The notes under the pieces are model-generated. The model was given only the letters and a program-made list of their open reading frames with translations, did not search any database and was not told where the DNA came from. Positions 57,728 through 64,000 of a DNA stretch of 64,000 nucleotides are shown piece by piece. The DNA comes from Oscillospiraceae bacterium (GTDB lineage Bacteria; Bacillota; Clostridia; Oscillospirales; CAG-382), in NCBI GenBank assembly GCA_015063885.1, contig SVTH01000007.1, forward strand, positions 41,566 through 105,565, read 5' to 3'. Every line of letters begins with the position of its first letter. The stretch's first letter is position 1. Both the position numbers and the translations under genes were made by a program.

Positions 57728-59155
57728 ATGAACACCAAAAAAATGAAGAAACTGTGTTTTGCCGCTACAGCTTGCTTGCTATTCGCCTTCGTTACCCTGT
57801 TGGCAAGCTGTGCTCCGGATAACACTCCCGCCTCCTCTTCTGCGGAAAGCTCGAACAACGAAAATTCCGAGTTATCCAAACACGAAAGCACTATCTCTGA
57901 CGAAAGTTTTTCGCCATCATCCTCCGAAACCGAATCCGGCTCCTCCTCAGATGCTTCCGACGAGGAATCTTCTGAGCCTTCCGATGACATTTCAACAGAG
58001 CCATCGGCTTCTCCGGAAGAATCCGATGTCACATCTTCACAAGACAATTCACCGGAACCCTCCAGCGAACCCGGCGAACAGGAGAACTCAGAAGACATCT
58101 CAGAGCCTCCTGTACACGTGCACGAATGGGAAGAAGCCGATTGCGAAAACCCAAAAACCTGCGTGACGTGCGGCGAGACGACCGGCACTGTCGCAGGACA
58201 TGATTGGCAGATTGCTACGTGCACGTCTGCTAAGACCTGTGCGACCTGCGGAAAGACCGAAGGCTCTGCCAAGGGCCATAATTGGAAAGCCGCCACCTGC
58301 GTCTGTGCTAAGACCTGCCAGGTCTGTGGGGCAACCGAAGGGGAAGCCAACGGACACGATTGGCAAGGGGCCACCTGCACAATCGCAAAAACGTGCAAGA
58401 CCTGTCAACAAACAACCGGCAACGCGAACGGTCATCAATATCTCGACGGCGTATGTGAAACATGCGGTGAAAGGGACCCTGACTACCAAGAACCGATTAC
58501 ATATTCGCAAGGTTTGGCCTATCAAGTAAATGAAGATGGAAAAACCTGCTCGGTCAGTATCGGAACGTGCACCGACGCTGACATAAGCATCCCGCCGACA
58601 ATCGACGGATATATCGTTACTGAAATTGGCGAAGATGCCTTTGCAAACTGCGCAAACATAACAAGCATCACCATTCCGGATAGCGTGACCACTATCTCTT
58701 ATTATCCCTTTGCACGTTGCCCAAATTTGGTTTTTACGCAATACGAGCAAGGGCTATATTTAGGAACCAGCACCAATCCATACCATGCATTGGTGGGGAT
58801 TGCCTCTGATGACACGGGTTCTGTCGTTTCGTTTAAGGTTCACGAAGATACTAAGTGTATTGCCGACAACACGTTCGGCGGCTGCTTTAATATGGTGAGC
58901 ATCGAGCTTCCGAATGGCATAACTCGTATTGGACGCCGTATGTTCGAAGACTGCGAAAGATTAGAAAGCGTGCACGTGCCCGGCAACGTGACACAGATTG
59001 CAGCTGGAGCATTCCAGGGTTGCCGCAACTTAGAGCGTGTAACCTTTGAAGGAACGGTAACCCAGTGGGACGTCATCACCAAGGGCAATTTCTGGAACGA
59101 CAACGTTCCCGCCGCCGAAGTGGTTTGCTCTGATGGCACTGTGAGTCTGGCGTGA
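57728..59155 (+). CDS. Lipoprotein with an S/E-rich linker, four Cys-rich ~24-aa repeats and BspA-type leucine-rich repeats
   Basis: Lipobox LLASC. Repeats GH.W..ATC...KTC..CG.T.G at about 58112-58474. LRR segments (ITSITIPDSVTTI..., ITRIGRRMFEDC...). Confidence 0.75.
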   Translation: MNTKKMKKLCFAATACLLFAFVTLLASCAPDNTPASSSAESSNNENSELSKHESTISDESFSPSSSETESGSSSDASDEESSEPSDDISTEPSASPEESDVTSSQDNSPEPSSEPGEQENSEDISEPPVHVHEWEEADCENPKTCVTCGETTGTVAGHDWQIATCTSAKTCATCGKTEGSAKGHNWKAATCVCAKTCQVCGATEGEANGHDWQGATCTIAKTCKTCQQTTGNANGHQYLDGVCETCGERDPDYQEPITYSQGLAYQVNEDGKTCSVSIGTCTDADISIPPTIDGYIVTEIGEDAFANCANITSITIPDSVTTISYYPFARCPNLVFTQYEQGLYLGTSTNPYHALVGIASDDTGSVVSFKVHEDTKCIADNTFGGCFNMVSIELPNGITRIGRRMFEDCERLESVHVPGNVTQIAAGAFQGCRNLERVTFEGTVTQWDVITKGNFWNDNVPAAEVVCSDGTVSLA

Positions 59156-59226
59156 ATTTCCAGCTTCTGCTCACCATGACGCAAAAGCAATAGTCTTAAG
59201 AGCACACAATAAAATGGAGCACGTAT

Positions 59227-60168
59227 ATGAAAGAATTTTACATAGTTGACCTGGTCAAGAATCTGGTACACAACAAGAATCTCTTTGCGTTGACGTATCT
59301 GTTTTTGAATCTCTTCGTGGTTTGCGGGTTGTTTTTCGTGTTATTCGGCGAATCCTTTGCCGGCGTTATAATAGGATTGGTTATATATCTGATTTCGGCA
59401 TTGATTGGTCTGTCTCCCGTGGGGGAATGGTTCTTACGGCGTTCACACAAATGCATTCCCATAGAGCGTTATGAGGACCGAAGCGCTGGGAAACGGCTTT
59501 CTGCGCTTTTTGGCGAGGTTTGTTCTTCGGCTGATAAAAGCGGCATTTCTGTACGTGAGAAGGAGAAAATCTCTCTTTTTATTCACGAGGGCGATGACCT
59601 GAACGCCTTTGCGATTGGTCGCAAAACCATTTGCGTAACGAGCGCACTTTTAGAACTTCCTGATGATGAAATCAAAGCCATCTTCGGGCATGAGCTGGGG
59701 CATCTGACTACGCACGATACGGACTTGGTGCTCCTTGTCTCGGCAGGTAACTTTATCGTTTCTGCCATCGTGACAGTTTTCAAACTGTTCGTTATGCTTT
59801 TCCAGCTGATAGTTACTATCGCAATCGCTTTCTGCGGAGACGAGGGAGCGATAGTTAACGTCTTCACGAAAGTTGCGAGCTTCCTCTCGCTGGTTCTGGT
59901 TAACTTCGTGATGTTCGTTTGGACGAAAATCGGCATTTGGATGGTAATGAAAACCTCCCGTAATGCAGAATTTGAAGCAGACGCCTTTTCCTGTCGCCTT
60001 GGCTACGCCGACGGTTTGCTTTCATTCTTCCAGAGGATATATAATGACGAACCGACGTATAGCGTGAAAAAGGGCTCCGACCTCTTTGCTGCGCTTTCGG
60101 ATTCCCATCCCGCGACAGCCCACCGGGTACGGAAGGTGGTTGAATACGTGAAGCGTACGACAGTGTAA
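59227..60168 (+). CDS. M48-family (HtpX-like) membrane zinc metalloprotease
   Basis: HELGHLTTHD (HEXXH), four TM helices, downstream E...D motif (NAEFEADAF). Confidence 0.8.
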   Translation: MKEFYIVDLVKNLVHNKNLFALTYLFLNLFVVCGLFFVLFGESFAGVIIGLVIYLISALIGLSPVGEWFLRRSHKCIPIERYEDRSAGKRLSALFGEVCSSADKSGISVREKEKISLFIHEGDDLNAFAIGRKTICVTSALLELPDDEIKAIFGHELGHLTTHDTDLVLLVSAGNFIVSAIVTVFKLFVMLFQLIVTIAIAFCGDEGAIVNVFTKVASFLSLVLVNFVMFVWTKIGIWMVMKTSRNAEFEADAFSCRLGYADGLLSFFQRIYNDEPTYSVKKGSDLFAALSDSHPATAHRVRKVVEYVKRTTV

Positions 60169-60259
60169 CACGGATACTTGTTAGTCGGCGAAACGAACCA
60201 CCCCTAAAGATATTGCAAGCAAAAACAGGGCCGATTGCAACTCTACTTTCCCACTCCCG

Positions 60260-60343
60260 TTTTGACATAAAAACCCATTTTGCTTCATTTTCCTGTAAAA
60301 AATAGCGCCAGCTTGATTGAAAATGGGATTTTTATGTCAAACG
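60260..60343. repeat. Long imperfect hairpin (22-bp stem, 38-nt loop)
   Basis: TTTTGACATAAAAACCCATTTT ... AAAATGGGATTTTTATGTCAAA(C). One bulged base. Confidence 0.8.
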
Positions 60344-60384
60344 TTCTCTCTGAAAATCCAAAAAATGCCCCGAAAGGATTGACT

Positions 60385-60802
60385 GTGCGCCCAGCATGGG
60401 CGATAACTTGGTGGAGAAAGTCCACTATACGCTCAGTAGCAGGAAGTGTTAGCCGAAGCAAGGGTGTACATCGCAAGGTGGAATCCGAAGGAAGCCGTGT
60501 CGAAAGGCAGCGGTTGAGCTCGCAGAAGTCAGCTCCACTCGTAGTACCAAAGGAGTGACTAGCCACCACGAAGGGAGGGAAGAAGTTGTGTGAAATTAAA
60601 GTCGAAAGATTGTGCTTGAAAACAGTTGCTCTGCAGAGATTGAATGACTGAGGGTAGGTTGGGAACCGAGAGTCGAAGTCAAGAGTGTTTAGCAATCATC
60701 AAAAGAGGAGTCGCAAGCGACGACTTATCGAAGCACCGCGTACGGTTCCGTACGCACGGTGTTGCGGGAGGACGGGGGGAGTCGCCCCCCCACCAGCCCG
60801 AT
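60385..60802 (+). ncRNA. ORF-less group II intron-like ribozyme, class C (IIC)-like, ~418 nt
   Basis: 5' GTGCGCCCAGCATGGGCG. Domain I-like GTTAGCCGAAGCAAGGGTG...GGAATCCGAAGGAAGCC. Domain V AGCACC-GCGTACG-GTTC-CGTACGC-AC-GGTGTT at 60732-60763 (AGC triad, AC bulge). A G6/C6 domain VI-like hairpin with an unpaired A. No room for a reverse-transcriptase ORF. Confidence 0.75.
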
Positions 60803-61342
60803 TGGCGTTTTTTCTTCGTCACACTTCATGCGCACCTCATACTCGCTCGACTTCTGTTGCTTTTTATCGGATGGCAATCTTTCAAAAAACAACCATCGGC
60901 TTTTTATAAGTGGAGGGATTTCTACAGAACTCTTTCGACCATCTGCTCGTGCTGTCTATTAAGAGCCGGGGCATAAGAAAATTGCCATTGTCGCAAGGTC
61001 TGATATATTTCGCAACAAACTTATGGTATAATCCAGCATTCGTATAATATAGCAAAATACGTTTCGATAAAGTTTCTTAAAACAGGTGATTTTTTGTCAA
61101 AAAAACACAAAAATGAAAAAAATGGTCAGCGCCTATTGAAAACGAAAAAGTATTATGATAAAATAGTACATCTGGTGTTATATCGTGAAGCAACTCAAAT
61201 ATACATAAAATTACACTTTAGCACAGGCTTCGACAATATGGGGTCGAAGATGTTGTCCAAACGAAAGTTCCTGTCTAACCGGTGTCTTTCTAAAACAACA
61301 TCTCTGCATTTGTGCAGCCATGAGCAAGATTGTGAGGAGAGA

Positions 61343-61924
61343 ATGAATTTACCTGCTATTGAAGTCGCGAAATACCTTATACGTTTGTATTTTCAGTCGA
61401 GTATTCGATATCATTGCACATTGACAAAAATTGAGAAGCTGATGTTTATTGCAGAATTGGTATGTTTAAAGAATGATGCCAGTCTATTTTCCGAAGATAT
61501 TTTAGACAAGAATTGTGGTGTCGGGATTGACGGGTTGGAGCTCGAGTTGCCAAACGAAATTTTAAATATTCGGGAACAAAACCAAGACAATGACACAGGC
61601 GAAACGGATATCCCCATTGGAGATGTTACATTTTGCGGAAATTCTGTTCCGGATTTGTTTCAAATTGGCGCGGATATTTCGTTTGAACCGTCTGTTGAAC
61701 GTTTGTTGGTTGATGTATTCAGATATTTTGGGAATTATAAAGCGAGAACATTGGGTAGTCAAATCGATGAACTTAAGCCTTACATAATCAGAACCTTAGA
61801 CCCGTTGACCCAAAACAAAAGCATCGACAGAAGTATAATCAAAACCGGCTTTGATACTATTCCAGTCTCAAAACTCGAGAATAATGAAATTTATATCTTC
61901 GCAAAAAACATTAAGGAACTTTAA
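61343..61924 (+). CDS. Hypothetical protein with weak Panacea/DUF4065 (SocA-type antitoxin)-like N-terminus
   Basis: AIEVAKYLI...CTLTKIEKLMFIAELV resembles the (A)KYFL..ITNLKLQKLLYYAQ motif. GAGGAG RBS. The listed 61094 TTG start was rejected. Confidence 0.5.
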   Translation: MNLPAIEVAKYLIRLYFQSSIRYHCTLTKIEKLMFIAELVCLKNDASLFSEDILDKNCGVGIDGLELELPNEILNIREQNQDNDTGETDIPIGDVTFCGNSVPDLFQIGADISFEPSVERLLVDVFRYFGNYKARTLGSQIDELKPYIIRTLDPLTQNKSIDRSIIKTGFDTIPVSKLENNEIYIFAKNIKEL

Positions 61925-61927
61925 ATT

Positions 61928-63046
61928 ATGGCTACTTGTTCCGCCAACGATTCTCTCTTGAAATTTTGCAATTGCGTCTTTGAAGTTATGGATACCTGTT
62001 CTTCAATTAGTGAATTGCCAAAGTGTTGCAAAGATTTTATTGACACATGCTACGTTTCGTTCGGAGAAATCAACCAGCGCTTTGATGCCGCAGCGTACTT
62101 GTCGCTATCTCTTTACATAGATGAATTATTCAACAAGCAAATAAACACAGATATTCGTGACAAAAATGTTTCTACTTTAAGATTTGATACCGATAGTTTG
62201 TACGACATGACTTTGTTCATGGAGGAATACTGCAAAGCCAATCAAATTTGCGATTTTCCCAAAACCATTTTAGAGGACATTTGTTCATTGATTCTTCAGC
62301 GGTTTCGCTCTTTCAAGAATATGGTTCTTTACTCTCAAAATGTGGCTAATAAGCAGTCTAGGGCGCATGTTGCCTCTATGACTCGTATTGTTGAATCTCG
62401 CCAGAACGAGTTGCTGAAACAAATTGACACTCGTTTTAAAGACACACAACAAGCAGTCGATGTTTTGGAAAGCGAACTGGCGGCTCGGGAAAAAGATGCG
62501 CATGACCATAGCATTACTATTCTTGGTGTTTTCTCCGCAATTGTCTTAGTTTTTAATGCAGCAGTTAGTTTTTTTACGTCTGCATTTGGTGCATTCAGCA
62601 ACGCCAGTATATATAAAATACTGACGATTCTCTTGATTATCGGCGTGATTTTTGTTGGCGCAATGATGGGGCTGTTTTTCTATCTTGATAGAATTCGCCC
62701 TTCCGACAAATTCGAGTTTCTTAAGAACAAAAAAGAGAAGCAATCCTCAAGTGAAATGATATATGTTGTAGATAAAGCCGAAAGCGGCGTTAGAATATTA
62801 AAACTGCTTTTGCCTTTTTTGATTACATTAGTGATATTGATAATAATGCTTCTTATCGTTCTTTACTCGTGGGAAGTAGGCTTAGTAGAGGCAAGGAATC
62901 AATCTCTTTTTGCACAAGAATCTAAAACGGATTCTGAAACGGGTTTTGAAACGGATTCTGAAACGGATGTAGTAACATCCATTCAAGAAGAGTTGTCGCA
63001 GCCGGAAGACGAATCTGAAGAGACAACTTCTGCAATTGCCGAATGA
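61928..63046 (+). CDS. Membrane protein (coiled-coil region, 3 TM helices, acidic tail), unknown function
   Basis: 372 aa. Starts 4 nt after the previous stop, suggesting coupling. Confidence 0.6.
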   Translation: MATCSANDSLLKFCNCVFEVMDTCSSISELPKCCKDFIDTCYVSFGEINQRFDAAAYLSLSLYIDELFNKQINTDIRDKNVSTLRFDTDSLYDMTLFMEEYCKANQICDFPKTILEDICSLILQRFRSFKNMVLYSQNVANKQSRAHVASMTRIVESRQNELLKQIDTRFKDTQQAVDVLESELAAREKDAHDHSITILGVFSAIVLVFNAAVSFFTSAFGAFSNASIYKILTILLIIGVIFVGAMMGLFFYLDRIRPSDKFEFLKNKKEKQSSSEMIYVVDKAESGVRILKLLLPFLITLVILIIMLLIVLYSWEVGLVEARNQSLFAQESKTDSETGFETDSETDVVTSIQEELSQPEDESEETTSAIAE

Positions 63047-63070
63047 CAAGTAAAACTATCTTTCAAAATA

Positions 63071-63234
63071 TTGACAAAGCATCCCGAATATGGTAATATA
63101 CCCCTGTAATCCAAATAAAGTAGGTACGAAGCATGAAGGAAAGGTGTTTAAGCTCCGCACCGTATAAGCCAATCAATCGAATCAAACAAATTTTTAGCAC
63201 GAGGTTGCCCCAAGGGGTCATCTCGTGCTTTTTC
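63071..63234 (+). ncRNA. Candidate small RNA with its own promoter and terminator
   Basis: TTGACA-N17-(TGG)TAATAT. Terminator AGCACGAG..CTCGTGCT+T5. Only an 11-codon ORF lies inside. Confidence 0.45.
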
Positions 63235-63323
63235 GTTGTCCGCAAACAACAGGATAGGTCAGGCTTGTCACCTTGCCCTATTTGACATAGAAAAACAAAA
63301 AATAAAATAAGGAGATTTACGCT

Positions 63324-64000
63324 ATGAAAACCACGACAACCAGACTTTTGTCAGTGCTTCTCTGCCTTGCCATGATTTTCGTGACTATTCCTCATTCAAT
63401 CCTGGCGCAGATTTCCGAAACACTGAACGACACCACTGATGCCGAAGCAACCGAAACGGTTGCCCAGGACGTTTACGTCCTCGGCGAGGTCATCGACAAC
63501 CGAACCGAAACCAGCAAGACCTTCCGCATGTCAGACGGCAGCTTCATTGCCGCCGATTACGGACAGGTCATCCATTACGCTGGAGAAGACGGCACATGGA
63601 CCGATTACGACAACACCCTGACCTTCTCCGAAGCGTCTGCCAGAGATGTCGACGATATGGCGGGGTACGGCAATACCGGTTCCGACCTTCGCATCAAGCT
63701 GGCGAACAACTCCAACTCCAACAACCTTGTGAAGCTCACCATGGGCAACTACAAAATCAGCCTGCACCTGGTAGGCGCAGACAAGAGCAAGGCGTTGGAA
63801 GTTTATCCCGCTATGGAAGACCCGGAGGGCAACGACATTGACTCCGCGGCTACCCTTCATAAATTCTCTTCTGGTGCTATCTATGAGGATATCCTGCCCG
63901 ACGTGGACCTGGAATACATTATTTCCGGTGGCACCGTTAAGGAAAACATCATCATCAAGGATACCGCCGACAGCTATACGTATACCTTCGAGCTGAAACT
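63324..64000 (+). CDS. N-terminus of a large secreted RHS/wall-associated polymorphic-toxin-type protein (runs off the window)
   Basis: Not in the ORF track because there is no stop. Hand translation gives MKTTTTRLLSVLLCLAMIFVTIPHSILAQ...NRTETSKTFRMSDGSFIAADYGQVIHYAGEDGTWTDYDNTL. GGAG RBS. Confidence 0.65.
   Translation, partial: MKTTTTRLLSVLLCLAMIFVTIPHSILAQISETLNDTTDAEATETVAQDVYVLGEVIDNRTETSKTFRMSDGSFIAADYGQVIHYAGEDGTWTDYDNTLTFSEASARDVDDMAGYGNTGSDLRIKLANNSNSNNLVKLTMGNYKISLHLVGADKSKALEVYPAMEDPEGNDIDSAATLHKFSSGAIYEDILPDVDLEYIISGGTVKENIIIKDTADSYTYTFELK

Larger units (their letters stand above)
50100..63300. other. AT-rich accessory island (boundaries approximate)
   Basis: The composition and codon-usage shift relative to both flanks is visible by eye. 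Contents are uncharacterised genes, several strong extended -10 promoters and structured RNAs. Confidence 0.7.

Noticed and set aside
60280-60976. ORFs 60280..60558(+), 60285..60695(-), 60644..60976(+), 60685..60909(+)
   Set aside because: They overlap the group II intron-like ribozyme, which has conserved RNA motifs and a domain V fold. They have no RBS and are unlikely to be coding. None resembles a reverse transcriptase or maturase.
61094-61342. N-terminal extension of the 61094..61924 ORF (TTG start)
   Set aside because: The extension is Lys-rich and low in complexity, with no RBS. An ATG at 61343 has a GAGGAG RBS and coincides with the start of the Panacea-like similarity.
50141-63099. 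Terminal inverted repeats for the whole island (TTGTCAAT-containing strings near 50141 and 63071)
   Set aside because: The match is limited to the -35-like hexamer TTGACA/TGTCAA, which recurs at many promoters in the window (for example 46731 and 20821). It is not evidence for transposon ends.

Overview
This window looks like a high-GC, spore-forming Clostridia-type chromosome. Supporting genes include yqfC/yqfD, a ylbJ-like gene, CotF-like coat proteins, adhE, thyA-folA, tyrS, ychF, coaX and cca. From 1 to about 50 kb it is mostly ordinary housekeeping, transport, two-component and envelope/lipoprotein genes. Several structures in that stretch deserve a second look. A five-copy REP/MITE-like palindromic element sits in intergenic regions. 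The tyrS 3' end is duplicated around an AT-rich lipoprotein islet. The tRNA-Gly 3' end and its terminator are duplicated. A T-box leader with an apparent AUC (Ile) specifier controls an unusual HTH-cupin::acyl-CoA synthetase fusion. The stand-out region is a visibly AT-rich island of about 13 kb (about 50.1-63.3 kb; judged by eye, no GC values computed). Only domain-level calls are possible for its genes. It holds an operon of two excisionase-type HTH proteins, one of them carrying a C-terminal LHH-type HNH nuclease. That operon also contains an operon-embedded IS1595-like DDE protein with a long C-terminal extension and no visible terminal inverted repeats. Directly downstream is a promoter- and terminator-bounded non-coding RNA candidate of about 215 nt. 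Next come an RHH protein and a ClpX-like AAA+ ATPase, then a riboswitch-like leader before an LRR lipoprotein, and an M48 protease. An ORF-less, roughly 418-nt group IIC-like intron ribozyme follows, then a weakly Panacea-like protein paired with a membrane protein. The island is followed by the 5' end of an RHS/polymorphic-toxin-type gene. My best candidate for an undescribed system is the DDE + nuclease + ncRNA + AAA+ module, together with the ORF-less intron. All homology calls come from reading translations by eye; no searches were run.
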